Assembly (NCBI GenBank): GCA_029210725.1
Contig: JARGFM010000009.1
Location: 39,253 to 103,252 of the forward strand
Source: Bacteroidales bacterium
GTDB taxonomy: Bacteria; Bacteroidota; Bacteroidia; Bacteroidales; GCA-2748055
Length of the DNA: 64,000 bases
Direction of reading: 5' to 3'
Part shown: positions 47,650 to 57,586 of the stretch, one piece after another
How positions within the stretch are numbered: position 1 is the first letter of the stretch
Layout of the letters: every line of letters starts with the position of its first letter
Notes under the pieces: generated by a model
Told to the model about the DNA's origin: nothing
Seen by the model: only the letters and a program-made list of their open reading frames with translations
The model's database searches: none
Translations under genes and position numbers: made by a program

Positions 47650-50166
47650 CTAAACTTCAAGTCTGACCACGGTGATTCCCGCCCCTCCCTGGTCCACATG
47701 GGCATCCCCGTACCACTCCACCAGGTCCACCGTATGAAGGTATTCCCTGATCAGCTGCCGAAGGACTCCATTTCCCTTTCCATGCAGGATTCTCAACTCC
47801 CGGGCGTTGACCATAATAGCCTCATCGATAAAATATACCACCAGTTCCATGGCTTCATCGGCCCGCTTGCCCCTCAGGTCCATATCGGGACGAAAGCGGA
47901 CCCTTCTGCTGCTTACGTTCCATTCACCCAGGTTTACCTTCGACTGGACTTTTTTCCTGAGTTGCCTGGCCTCCTCAGAAAGAATCTTCTCCAGCTGTCC
48001 CAGTTTGGTATTTGTTTTCAGCATCCCAAATGCCACGACGCAATTTTTGCCTTTGATCTCCAGCACCTCTCCTGCAGCATCATGTCCCCCGATACGGACC
48101 ATATCCCCTACCCGGATCCCGGGATCTTCCTTCACCTCTTTCTGAACCAGGGTCTTTCCGGAGCGCTGACGAAGATCGGGCCGGCTGGTCTCCAGCTCAC
48201 TTCCCTTCCGGCGGATCTCCTGAAGTTGTTTCTCTACCTTCCTCTCTTCCTTCCCCTTCTCCATCTCCATCTGCTCCCTGAATTCCGCAAGCTCCTTCCG
48301 CACCTCCCGGGTCCGCTCTTTCTCCGCTTTTGCCTCCTTAATTTCCCGGATGGTCTGTTCAATTTTCTTATTGGCACCGGTCAGCATGGCATCCGCTTTT
48401 TCCCTGGCCTCTTTAACAATGGCCTTGCGCTGCTTTTCACTTTCCTGGAGCTGCTTCTCATAACGCTCCATCAGATCCTCCAGTTTGCGCTCCGACTGCC
48501 TGATCTTCTGCCGCTTTCCTTCCCAGTACTTCTTATCCCGGAGGATCTCCCTCAGGTGTTTGTCAAAATCGATATGATCCTGACCCACCTTTTCAGAAGC
48601 TTTACCGAGAACCTCTTCGGGCAAGCCGATTTTCCTGGCGATCTCAAAGGCAAAAGAACTGCCCGGCTTACCAACCTGCAGTTGATACAGGGGCTGCATC
48701 TTCTGGTTATCGAACAACATGGCTCCGTTCACAAGGCCCTCCGAAGAGGTTGCAAAATGCTTCAGGTTGGTATAGTGGGTGGTGATAATTCCGCTGGTCC
48801 CGGACCGGTTCATCTGCTCCAGGATTGCTTCTGCGATAGCTCCTCCCAGCATGGGCTCGGTACCTGTCCCAAACTCATCAATCAACACCAGGGTGTCTGC
48901 AGCGGCATGCCTGAGGAAGAATTTCATATTAAGCAAATGGGAGCTGTAGGTGCTCAAATCGTTGTCGATGGATTGCTCATCGCCGATATCGATAAAGATC
49001 CCTGCGAAAAGTCCAAAAACAGAGGTCTCTGAACAAGGTACCAGCATGCCGCACTGCAACATATATTGCAGGAGTCCGATGGTTTTCAGGCAAACCGATT
49101 TTCCTCCGGCATTGGGACCGGAGATCAGGAGAATGCGGTTATTACCGGAAAGGTGGAAGGAAAGGGGCACCACCTCTTTCTGTTCAGCTTTGTACGAAAG
49201 GTACAGGAGGGGATGTAGGGCCTGCTTCCAGTCGAAGATCTGCTCCTGCTCCACCCGGGGCCTGATCGCCCCCAGCCGGGTGGCGAACAGGGCACGTGCC
49301 CGGATAAAATCAATGCGGCCCAGGAACTCCTGGGAAGAGAGCAAATCCGGGATATAGGGCCGTATGTCCGCGGTAAACTCCTGCAGGATATGGATAATCT
49401 CCCTGCGTTCGGCATACTCCAGTTCCCTGATCTCATTAGAGAGTTCCACCACCTCGGCAGGTTCAATGAATACCGTTCTGCCGGAAGCAGATTCATCATG
49501 GATCATTCCTCCGAGTTTCCTCTTATTTCCCGCCATGACAGGAATTACCGGGCGACCGTTTCGGTAAGTGGGGGCTGCATCGGCATCCACCCATCCCTCG
49601 CGCTGTGCACGGCTCATTACCTGATTCAGCTTTTTTGAAACAGCTCCCTGCTTCTCCTGCTGGCTCCTGCGGATATGCTGCAGGGCCGGCGAGGCATTAT
49701 CACGGATATTTCCATGCTTGTTCAGGATCTTATGAATCCTGTCTCCCACAAAAGGAAAAACCTTTACAGGCCTGCACAATTCTGTAAGCACCGGGTATCT
49801 CTCCTCTTCGTCCGTTTTAAAGAAGTTTAAGATGGCACGAACCGAGTCCAGGCATTTTTGCAGGCTGCTTACCTCTTCGCTCATCAGGTAGGCACCTTCC
49901 ACCTCCGCTTTTTTAAGGGCCTCCCGGTTATCCGTGAAATTCTGGACAGGAAACTCATCTTCCTGCGTTTGGATCTCCATGAACTCTTCCACCAGTTTTA
50001 GCTCATGGATAATAGCCGGATGATCGCTCATAAAGGCCATTTCATCCACCCGTTCCCTTCCGGGATCAAAGAGACAGTGGGACTTGACCAGTTCACGAAT
50101 CCGGTCAAAACCAATTTTTGATTCAAAGTGTTCAGGATAGATCAAAGCGGTTTTTTTGCCTTTCAA
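47650..50166 (-). CDS. mutS2: Endonuclease MutS2 (MutS domain V ATPase + C-terminal Smr)
   Basis: 838 aa. IYPEHFESKIGFDRIRE is the typical MutS2 N-terminus. Walker A is GPNAGGKS, with DEFGTGTEP, a KOW-like region and an Smr domain (LDLRGKRADEA...ILHGKGNGVLR). The start is non-ATG, either TTG at 50166 or TTG at 50145 (which gives MIYPEHF). Confidence 0.9.
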   Translation of the reverse strand: MKGKKTALIYPEHFESKIGFDRIRELVKSHCLFDPGRERVDEMAFMSDHPAIIHELKLVEEFMEIQTQEDEFPVQNFTDNREALKKAEVEGAYLMSEEVSSLQKCLDSVRAILNFFKTDEEERYPVLTELCRPVKVFPFVGDRIHKILNKHGNIRDNASPALQHIRRSQQEKQGAVSKKLNQVMSRAQREGWVDADAAPTYRNGRPVIPVMAGNKRKLGGMIHDESASGRTVFIEPAEVVELSNEIRELEYAERREIIHILQEFTADIRPYIPDLLSSQEFLGRIDFIRARALFATRLGAIRPRVEQEQIFDWKQALHPLLYLSYKAEQKEVVPLSFHLSGNNRILLISGPNAGGKSVCLKTIGLLQYMLQCGMLVPCSETSVFGLFAGIFIDIGDEQSIDNDLSTYSSHLLNMKFFLRHAAADTLVLIDEFGTGTEPMLGGAIAEAILEQMNRSGTSGIITTHYTNLKHFATSSEGLVNGAMLFDNQKMQPLYQLQVGKPGSSFAFEIARKIGLPEEVLGKASEKVGQDHIDFDKHLREILRDKKYWEGKRQKIRQSERKLEDLMERYEKQLQESEKQRKAIVKEAREKADAMLTGANKKIEQTIREIKEAKAEKERTREVRKELAEFREQMEMEKGKEERKVEKQLQEIRRKGSELETSRPDLRQRSGKTLVQKEVKEDPGIRVGDMVRIGGHDAAGEVLEIKGKNCVVAFGMLKTNTKLGQLEKILSEEARQLRKKVQSKVNLGEWNVSSRRVRFRPDMDLRGKRADEAMELVVYFIDEAIMVNARELRILHGKGNGVLRQLIREYLHTVDLVEWYGDAHVDQGGAGITVVRLEV

Positions 50167-50240
50167 AAGTAATAAAAAAGGGCGCTTCTCTCTGAAAAAA
50201 AAGTTAGCTTTATCTGCTCAACAACAAAACGCTTGATACC

Positions 50241-51407
50241 ATGCAAAACAGAAAAATCAGGATGGGAATGGTCGGCGGAGGAACCGATGCATTTATCGGA
50301 GCGATTCACCGCCTGGCTGCTTTAATGGATAATCAGATTGAATTGGTTTGCGGCTGCTTCAGTGTGGACCCCAAGATCTCAAAGGAGTCGGGCAAATCCT
50401 ATTACCTTCCTGAAGAAAGAGTCTATGAAAGCTACCAGGAGATGTTTGAACAGGAAGCCAGGCTCCCCGAAGGCGAGCGAATGGACTTTGTCAGCATCGT
50501 GACCCCCAACTTTGTCCATTTCGACCCGGCCATGATGGCCCTGGAAAACGGATTTCACGTGGTCATGGACAAACCCATCACCTTCACCCTGGATGAAGCG
50601 CTTGAACTTAAGAAGAAAATTGAAGAAACCGGATTAAGCTTTGCCCTGACACATACCTATTCGGGTTACCCTGCAGTAAAACATGCCAGAAAGATGGTGG
50701 CTGACGGGGAACTGGGCAAAATCCGGAAAATATTCGTGGAATATCCACAGGGCTGGCTTTCCTCCAAACTGGAAGACACTGGCAACCCTCAGGCCAGCTG
50801 GCGCACCGACCCAAAGCGCTCTGGGAAGGCCGGGTGCATGGGGGATATCGGAACCCATGCCCACCATTTGGCAGAGTATATCAGCGGATTAAAAGTGACC
50901 GAGCTTTGTGCGGAACTGAATGTGTTTGTTCCCGACCGGCTGCTGGATGATGATGGGGCTGCCCTTCTGCGTTTCGATAATGGTGCCAGAGGCATCTTAA
51001 TGGCTACGCAGGTGGCAGCCGGGGAGGAAAATGACATAAAGATCAGGATGTACGGGGATAAGGGCGGTCTGGAATGGGAGCAAATGGAACCCAATTCCCT
51101 GATCGTGAAGTGGAAGGAGGCTCCCATGCAGGTATTGCGTGTGGGAACCAGCCTGAATAGTGATATAGCGGCCCATAATACGCGCACTCCGGGCGGACAT
51201 CCGGAGGGTTACTTGGAAGCTTTTGCCAATATTTACCGTAATTTCAGCTTGACGGTCAGGGCCAGGGCCAATGGGCAGGAGCCAAGTGCCGAAATGCTGG
51301 ATTTTCCAGGAGTGGAGGACGGCATTCGTGGCATGCAATTCATCGATACGGTGGTGCGTGCAGGTTACAATGACCAGGAAAAATGGGTAAAATTCGGGGA
51401 AGCATAG
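50241..51407 (+). CDS. Gfo/Idh/MocA-family NAD(P)-dependent oxidoreductase
   Basis: 388 aa. It has an N-terminal Rossmann IRMGMVGGGTDAFIG, VSIVTPNFVHF and MDKPIT (an EKP-like motif). Confidence 0.85.
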   Translation: MQNRKIRMGMVGGGTDAFIGAIHRLAALMDNQIELVCGCFSVDPKISKESGKSYYLPEERVYESYQEMFEQEARLPEGERMDFVSIVTPNFVHFDPAMMALENGFHVVMDKPITFTLDEALELKKKIEETGLSFALTHTYSGYPAVKHARKMVADGELGKIRKIFVEYPQGWLSSKLEDTGNPQASWRTDPKRSGKAGCMGDIGTHAHHLAEYISGLKVTELCAELNVFVPDRLLDDDGAALLRFDNGARGILMATQVAAGEENDIKIRMYGDKGGLEWEQMEPNSLIVKWKEAPMQVLRVGTSLNSDIAAHNTRTPGGHPEGYLEAFANIYRNFSLTVRARANGQEPSAEMLDFPGVEDGIRGMQFIDTVVRAGYNDQEKWVKFGEA

Positions 51408-51434
51408 ATCTTTTCCTAAATCTCTAAAGGGCCA

Positions 51435-52100
51435 ATGGAATACGGTTTCATCTTTGATATGGATGGCGTGGTGATTGACAGCAATCCATACCATAAGATT
51501 GCATGGGAAAAATTCCTGAGCGGACAGGGGATTCCTTACGATGATCAACTCTTTGATAATGTCCTTTCCGGGAGAACCGGTCCCACTTCTCTCCGGATGC
51601 TTTTCGGGAAGGATCTGAGTCAGGAAAAGCTGGACCTCTTTCTGGAAGAAGTGGACAGCAATTACCAGAATATCCTCCATCGGACAGAGGATGTAAAACC
51701 CATCGCCGGATTAAACAGCTTCCTGGATCAAATCACAAGAAACGGTTACAGGATTGCCCTGGCCACTTCCGCACCGGTGCTGAACATTAAACTGGGCCTT
51801 CAGAAACTGAAGCTGGAAAACATCTTTGAACACATTGTCGGCAAAGTGGATGTAACTCACGGAAAACCCCACCCCGAAGTCTATCTGAAAACACTGGAGC
51901 TCCTGGACATACCGGCCGAAAACTGTCTGGTATTTGAAGATTCCCGGGCCGGCATCCAGTCGGCCCTTCATGCCGGAATACGGGTGGTGGGTATTGCATC
52001 CGGACATACGAAGAAAGATTTGCTGGAAGAGGGCGTCAGCCTGGCACTGGATGATTTCAGAGGGCTGGAACTGGAGACGGTTCTTGCGCTCTTCCAATAA
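51435..52100 (+). CDS. HAD-superfamily hydrolase (beta-phosphoglucomutase-like subfamily IA)
   Basis: 221 aa. Motif I is FIFDMDGVVIDS, motif II is LATSA, and motifs III/IV are KPHPEVY and VFEDSRAGIQSA. Confidence 0.8.
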   Translation: MEYGFIFDMDGVVIDSNPYHKIAWEKFLSGQGIPYDDQLFDNVLSGRTGPTSLRMLFGKDLSQEKLDLFLEEVDSNYQNILHRTEDVKPIAGLNSFLDQITRNGYRIALATSAPVLNIKLGLQKLKLENIFEHIVGKVDVTHGKPHPEVYLKTLELLDIPAENCLVFEDSRAGIQSALHAGIRVVGIASGHTKKDLLEEGVSLALDDFRGLELETVLALFQ

Positions 52101-52146
52101 ACAGACCAGACATTTGACGAAAAATCACATCAAAAACGTTTACCAA

Positions 52147-54558
52147 ATGAAACGCACAGCCTTATTTCTGTTTTTTACCCTCATTCTCTCCCCGGTTCTT
52201 CTGGCCCAGTTAAACCTGGCGTATCAGAAACCCTCCAAAGAGATCCTGGAACTTGTCGATGTCCCGCTTGCACCATCGGTCCTGCTGGACGACAAGCAGG
52301 AAAACATGATACTCCTCTACCGGGATGCTTATGAATCCATCGAGGAACTTTCCAGGCAGGAGTTGCGTCTCGGGGGACTGCGGATCGATCCCTTAACCAA
52401 TATCGGGAGCCGCACCACCTATGTGAATAATCTCAAGATCAAAAAACTGACTGAAAATGAGGCGGCAGTGGTCCAGGTACAGGGACTGCCCGGTACCCCA
52501 AAACTGACCAGCCTGAGCTGGTCGCCCGATCAGAAGAAACTGGCCTTTACCCATACCGCTGCCACCGGGGTGGAACTCTGGGTACTGGACATTGACTCGG
52601 CAAAAGCAAGGCGCCTTACCGGGGCAGGGATCAATGCCAACATGGGCGTTGTGCTTAACTGGTTCGAAGACAGCGAGTCCATTCTGGTCAAGATGATCTC
52701 CTCAGACAGAAAAGCACTGATTGATGCGGTGAATGCTGTTCCGCAGGGCCCTACCATCTCGGTGGCCGATGGAAAAAGAGCCCAGAACCGGACCTACCAG
52801 GACCTTTTGCAGAACAAGAACGATGAACACAACTTCGAACAGCTGGCCCTAAGCGAACTCCATAAGGTCTCCCTGGACGGAAGGAGTGAAAAGTGGTTGG
52901 AGAGTGCCATGTACAGCAGTATCAGTTTTTCGCCGGATGGCAGCTATGTGCTGGTCACCACGGTTGAAAAGCCCTTCTCCTACCTGGTTCCCTATTACCG
53001 TTTTCCATCCACAAGCACGGTATATTCGAGTGATGCAGTAAAAGTGGAAACGGTCCTGGAGTCTCCCCTGATCGAGGAACTTCCACAGGGTTTTATGGCA
53101 GTTCAAAAAGGGAGAAGAGACCTGGAATGGCGAGGCGACCGGCCGGCCACCCTGGTATTTGCAGTGGCCCTGGATGGAGGTGATCCTGAAAACGAGGTGG
53201 ATTTCAGGGATGAAGTGTTCCAGCTGGAAGCCCCCTTTAACGGCACACCGGTCCCGCTCCTGAAAACCATCAACCGCTTCACGGGCATTCAATGGGGTAA
53301 TGAAAAGGTGGCCGTGGCCAGTGACCGTTGGTGGAACACCAGGAACAGCAAGAGCTATTTGTTCAACCCCTCCGACGCCAGCAGTGCACCGCTTGTCCTT
53401 TTCGACCGGAATTACCAGGACCGGTATAATGATCCGGGTCGGTTTGTAAGCGAAAGGAATGAATATGGGAGCAGGGTACTGAGCATAAAAAAGAACCATC
53501 TTTACCTCCTTGGCAGCGGTTATTCAGAAGAGGGCCAGTTTCCTTTCCTGGACCAGATGAATCTGAAAACCAAAACAATTAATCGGATTTACCAATCGAC
53601 ATATACCGACAGGCTGGAAAACCTGAGCCGGTTTGATATAGATAAAAACAGGCTCCTGGTCCGCATCGAATCACCCACGGATTATCCAAACTACTATTTC
53701 AGAAATTTAAAAAACAACACATTGCAGCAGATAACGGCCTTTGAAAACCCCTTCAAAAGCCTGCAGAATGTTCATAAAGAGGTGATCACTTACCAGCGTG
53801 ACGATGGTCTGGAACTCTCCGGCACCCTCTACCTGCCTGTGGGGTATGACAGGGAGAAAAAAGAGAAAGCTCCGATGATTCTCTGGGCCTACCCCAGGGA
53901 GTACAAGGACAAGTCCAGTGCTGCACAAACCACCGCCAATCCCAACCGTTTCACCTCACCCAACTATGGTTCTCCCATCTACTGGGTAACCAAGGGTTAT
54001 GTGGTTCTGGACGGGGCTGCCTTCCCCATTGTGGGTGAAGGAGATGAAGAACCCAATGATTCATTCCGCAAGCAGTTAGTGGCCAACGCCCTGGCAGCCA
54101 TTGATGCCGTAGATCAACTGGGCTATATTGACCGTAACAAGGTGGCCGTAGGCGGACACAGCTACGGAGCCTTCATGGTAGCTAACCTGCTCTCACACAG
54201 CGATTTGTTTGCTGCGGGGATTGCCAGAAGCGGAGCCTACAACCGGACCCTCACCCCCTTTGGCTTCCAGAGCGAAGAGAGATCCTACTGGGAAGCTCCT
54301 GAGGTCTATTACCGCATGTCTCCCTTCATGCATGCCGATAAGATGAAGACCCCCCTTCTGCTGATCCATGGTGAGGCAGACAACAATTCGGGCACCTACC
54401 CCCTTCAGAGCACCCGCTATTTCAATGCCCTGAAAGGACTTGGAGCAAGCGTCCGGCTGGTGATGCTGCCCAAAGAGAGCCATGGTTACCGGGCCAGGGA
54501 AAGCATCCTGCACATGTTATGGGAACAGGACCAGTGGCTGGAGAAGTATGTGAAATAG
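52147..54558 (+). CDS. S9-family serine peptidase (prolyl oligopeptidase / DPP-like; beta-propeller + alpha/beta hydrolase)
   Basis: I take the start at ATG 52147 (MKRTALFLFFTLILSPVLLAQ signal), because the upstream part of track ORF 51934.. overlaps the HAD gene. The nucleophile motif is GGHSYGAFM, with LLLIHGEADNN and a terminal catalytic His region (ESHGY). Confidence 0.85.
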   Translation: MKRTALFLFFTLILSPVLLAQLNLAYQKPSKEILELVDVPLAPSVLLDDKQENMILLYRDAYESIEELSRQELRLGGLRIDPLTNIGSRTTYVNNLKIKKLTENEAAVVQVQGLPGTPKLTSLSWSPDQKKLAFTHTAATGVELWVLDIDSAKARRLTGAGINANMGVVLNWFEDSESILVKMISSDRKALIDAVNAVPQGPTISVADGKRAQNRTYQDLLQNKNDEHNFEQLALSELHKVSLDGRSEKWLESAMYSSISFSPDGSYVLVTTVEKPFSYLVPYYRFPSTSTVYSSDAVKVETVLESPLIEELPQGFMAVQKGRRDLEWRGDRPATLVFAVALDGGDPENEVDFRDEVFQLEAPFNGTPVPLLKTINRFTGIQWGNEKVAVASDRWWNTRNSKSYLFNPSDASSAPLVLFDRNYQDRYNDPGRFVSERNEYGSRVLSIKKNHLYLLGSGYSEEGQFPFLDQMNLKTKTINRIYQSTYTDRLENLSRFDIDKNRLLVRIESPTDYPNYYFRNLKNNTLQQITAFENPFKSLQNVHKEVITYQRDDGLELSGTLYLPVGYDREKKEKAPMILWAYPREYKDKSSAAQTTANPNRFTSPNYGSPIYWVTKGYVVLDGAAFPIVGEGDEEPNDSFRKQLVANALAAIDAVDQLGYIDRNKVAVGGHSYGAFMVANLLSHSDLFAAGIARSGAYNRTLTPFGFQSEERSYWEAPEVYYRMSPFMHADKMKTPLLLIHGEADNNSGTYPLQSTRYFNALKGLGASVRLVMLPKESHGYRARESILHMLWEQDQWLEKYVK

Positions 54559-54570
54559 CATGCAAAGCTT

Positions 54571-55164
54571 GTGTCACAAATGAGAAAGGGCTTCAGATAC
54601 ATCCTGTTCGCGACCATGGGGACCGTTCTTACGGCTTGTCCTCCTCCCTGTGACTACCATCTGATCGACTTTGGCAGTTTGAGCGAGGAGGCAATCAGCA
54701 GTTCGCCCTATATAGACGGCCAGACATACAGCTTCCTTCACTCAGAGGGATATAAGATATCCTTTTATGCCAGCAGATCCAGGGAGAAACAATCAGATTA
54801 TTATGATGAATGCACCGAAGTACGCAGGGAGTCGGACCTTAGCACACTCACCCCGGATTATCCCATTTTTCCCTGTAATATAGGAATCCACAAAACAGAT
54901 ACTGCCCGGTATGAGTGCCTGATTTGGGCCGGAGGTTCATCTTTCTGGCTTCCATGCACCATGGAGATCGACCTTGGCCACAGCTACTTCGATTCCATAC
55001 AGATTGGCCAGAACTGGTACAGGGAAGTTTATAAAATGGGGAACAACTGGAGGGATGGAATCCCGGAGGGACAAATCCTGGCCGACAGTATATTTTACAA
55101 TACAGCCTTCGGTATCCTGAAAATAGAGATGAGCAACGGGGAATTCTATGAGATTAGCGATTAA
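54571..55164 (+). CDS. Hypothetical lipoprotein
   Basis: 197 aa from a GTG start, with an alternative ATG at 54580. The lipobox is VLTAC. I recognised no family. The C-terminal pattern is shared with the next ORF. Confidence 0.4.
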   Translation: MSQMRKGFRYILFATMGTVLTACPPPCDYHLIDFGSLSEEAISSSPYIDGQTYSFLHSEGYKISFYASRSREKQSDYYDECTEVRRESDLSTLTPDYPIFPCNIGIHKTDTARYECLIWAGGSSFWLPCTMEIDLGHSYFDSIQIGQNWYREVYKMGNNWRDGIPEGQILADSIFYNTAFGILKIEMSNGEFYEISD

Positions 55165-55174
55165 GCCAGTATAT

Positions 55175-55840
55175 ATGGCCATGGGCTTCTTCCTCCTTTC
55201 CTGCGGAGGTGAAGGTGAACACCCCCTGAAGGAAGAATACTATTACCTGGAAGAGGCCCATAAAGAATGGCTTGCTCCCGACACCATAGGAGAGGTGTTC
55301 ATTATGAGAGACTATAACGGAATCTCATCGAGCATGAGTATGACCGGGAACAATGAAACGATGGGGAAAAGCTGGAGCACGTTTTTAGGAATCAATACCC
55401 GCACCTGCTATACAGAAGAGTGTTTCCAGTCATTCAAATCAGGTTTTGGCATGCTTCTCGGAATCTCCATGAGGGCTAACAGTCCACCACACGGGGATCA
55501 GATCAGCATTTCGCTGGGACAGGTGGGATTTTCGTATGACTTTGATTTTGAAACCATAAGCAGCCTGGACACTCCCTTCGGTTACAAGAACCTTCTGATG
55601 ACCGACAAGGGCTACGAGATTCACGAGGACGGAGAGATCATGTCCTCTGTGGAGTTTCTTGATTCACTGCTTACCTCCTACGGTACTTACCAGGAGGTTT
55701 TACATTTCATCTTTAACGATTTTAATCCTTACTGGACTGATTTCACGGTAAGGGAAATATACCTGGCCAAAGAAGTGGGCCTGGTTAAATATGTTCTGGC
55801 ATCCGGAGTTTCAAACGAACGATTCCATCCACAGAACTGA
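55175..55840 (+). CDS. Hypothetical lipoprotein (distant paralog of 54571..55164)
   Basis: The ATG at 55175 gives MAMGFFLLSCGG (lipobox), whereas the track start at 55148 would overlap the previous gene. The C-terminal Y.EV....I.....Y....G..K pattern resembles the upstream ORF. Confidence 0.4.
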   Translation: MAMGFFLLSCGGEGEHPLKEEYYYLEEAHKEWLAPDTIGEVFIMRDYNGISSSMSMTGNNETMGKSWSTFLGINTRTCYTEECFQSFKSGFGMLLGISMRANSPPHGDQISISLGQVGFSYDFDFETISSLDTPFGYKNLLMTDKGYEIHEDGEIMSSVEFLDSLLTSYGTYQEVLHFIFNDFNPYWTDFTVREIYLAKEVGLVKYVLASGVSNERFHPQN

Positions 55841-55851
55841 GCCCTTTGCCC

Positions 55852-56634
55852 TTATTCTGTTTCAAGAATCCACAACAGGCCACCCCTCAGATGCTCCACG
55901 AACAGCGGATCCTCGTAGAATTGTGAATCGTGTCCCAGGGCGGTGTACCATTGCCGTCCTCCTTCAAATTCGTGGCACCAGCACAGGGGAAAAAGATGTC
56001 CGAAGGTCTCACCGGGATATTTTTTCTTCTCCATGTCCTCGATGGTGTTCAGATCGACGTTCAACAGCACATGGATATCCGGATTCAACTGGTAAGAGTA
56101 ATAACATTCATCCCTGACGGTCCACCGGGCAGGCAGGTGCCGGGTGGACGGATGGGTGGAATCGCACACCAGCACATCAAATTCCTGGTAAGGCGGATGC
56201 CGAAGAAACTTGCCGCCCACCAGGGCCCAGTACCAGGGCCAGTCCCGCTCTGTGGCATTAGCGGAGTGGATGGCTGCAAACCCTCCCCCCCGGCGGATAA
56301 ATTCCTGAAAAGCCTTTCGCTGTTCATCTGTATCAAAACCTTCGTTATTGGAATTGGAAAACACCAGGGCATCGAAGCGCTTCAGGTTTTCCCCGGTAAA
56401 AACCGAGGGCTGGTCAGACCACTCCGTAAGGATGCCCTCCCTGGCACAGATATTCTCCAGGGCTGCCACGCTGGCAGCAATGTTCTCATGCACATAGCCT
56501 TCTCCGTTTTTCGTGTAGATCAAGATACGTTTCTCCTCTTCCTGGCCTGCAGCCTTCCATTGAAAAAATCCAAAAGCAAGCAGGAGAATTACAGCCGGCT
56601 TCTTCATATTTTGTTTTTTGTATTTGTAGCTCAA
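55852..56634 (-). CDS. ThuA-domain (trehalose utilisation-like, class I glutamine amidotransferase-like fold) protein, exported
   Basis: 260 aa with a signal peptide. ILIYTKNGEGYVHENI, FDALVFSNSNNE, GGGFAAIHSA and WALVGGKFLRHP are typical ThuA motifs. Confidence 0.8.
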   Translation of the reverse strand: MSYKYKKQNMKKPAVILLLAFGFFQWKAAGQEEEKRILIYTKNGEGYVHENIAASVAALENICAREGILTEWSDQPSVFTGENLKRFDALVFSNSNNEGFDTDEQRKAFQEFIRRGGGFAAIHSANATERDWPWYWALVGGKFLRHPPYQEFDVLVCDSTHPSTRHLPARWTVRDECYYSYQLNPDIHVLLNVDLNTIEDMEKKKYPGETFGHLFPLCWCHEFEGGRQWYTALGHDSQFYEDPLFVEHLRGGLLWILETE

Positions 56635-56655
56635 TTAAATGTTTTAATTTGAAAT

Positions 56656-57567
56656 ATGAAAAGAATCGAAGGATATTTGGCTGCACCATTTACCCCCATG
56701 CACGAAAACGGGGAAGTGAATCTGGATCTGATTCCTGAATATGCCGCTTATTTAATCCGGAACGGACTGGATGGTGCCTTTATCTGCGGAAGCACAGGTG
56801 AAGGGGCCCTGCTCACCAGAGAGGAGCGCCAGGCTGTTGCAGAAAAATGGATCGCCGGAAGCGAAGGGAAGCTGAAGATTGTTGTACACACAGGAGGCAT
56901 CTCCTTAAAGGACCAGATGGTTCTGGCGGTTCATGCCGAAAGGTCCGGGGCCTTTGCCATCGCCGCCATGGCCCCTGCATTTCTTCCCCCCGGACGAAAT
57001 GAAGAGTTGCTCGCCTACTGCAAATCTGTTGCAGGTGCTGCTCCCTCACTCCCTTTCTATTACTACCATATCCCACCATTGAACCGGGTTCAGCTGCCGG
57101 TATCCGCACTTCTAAGTTCAGCTGCGAAAGAGATTCCCAGCTTTGCCGGGGTTAAATTCTCCTCCGGTGACCTGGATGAATTTGAGCGTTGTATGCAGCT
57201 GTCTGAAGGGAGATTTGAAATGCTCTGGGGAAGGGATGATATGTTCCTGGATGGCCTGGACTATGGAATCAAATCAGGGGTGGGAGGAACCTACAATCAC
57301 TGCTTCAGCCTGTACAGGAAGATGGCAGTGGCCTATGCCGGAAAAGAGATGAAGCGCTGCCGGCAACTTCAGGATCAGGCGAATCAGTTCTGCGGGATTC
57401 TGGACAAATATCGCAGGAATATTATCGCAGGAAAAAGCATTATGAGCTATCTGGGCCTGGACTGCGGACCCAACCGGCTTCCGCTGCAGACCATCTCCGA
57501 TCCGGAAAAGAAAACCATCCGGGAGGAACTGGACCGGATCGGTTTTTTTGAATATTGTAACAAATAA
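56656..57567 (+). CDS. DHDPS/N-acetylneuraminate lyase family class I aldolase
   Basis: 303 aa. AAPFTPM, ICGSTGEGALLTREER and FAGVKFSSGD (the Schiff-base Lys) are NanA-like more than DapA-like, but the substrate is unproven. Confidence 0.78.
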   Translation: MKRIEGYLAAPFTPMHENGEVNLDLIPEYAAYLIRNGLDGAFICGSTGEGALLTREERQAVAEKWIAGSEGKLKIVVHTGGISLKDQMVLAVHAERSGAFAIAAMAPAFLPPGRNEELLAYCKSVAGAAPSLPFYYYHIPPLNRVQLPVSALLSSAAKEIPSFAGVKFSSGDLDEFERCMQLSEGRFEMLWGRDDMFLDGLDYGIKSGVGGTYNHCFSLYRKMAVAYAGKEMKRCRQLQDQANQFCGILDKYRRNIIAGKSIMSYLGLDCGPNRLPLQTISDPEKKTIREELDRIGFFEYCNK

Positions 57568-57586
57568 ACTAAGAGCTCCTCATTTC

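Noticed and set aside
47617-49032. 471-aa plus-strand ORF
   Set aside because: It is entirely antisense to mutS2, which has unambiguous motifs. Its translation is low-complexity and L/P/F-rich, with no recognisable domain. It is a shadow ORF.
51934-52146. N-terminal extension of the S9 peptidase ORF
   Set aside because: It overlaps the HAD hydrolase gene in another frame. The ATG at 52147 is followed immediately by a typical signal peptide.
55930-56652. 240-aa plus-strand ORF
   Set aside because: It is antisense to the ThuA-like gene, which has clear family motifs and a signal peptide.
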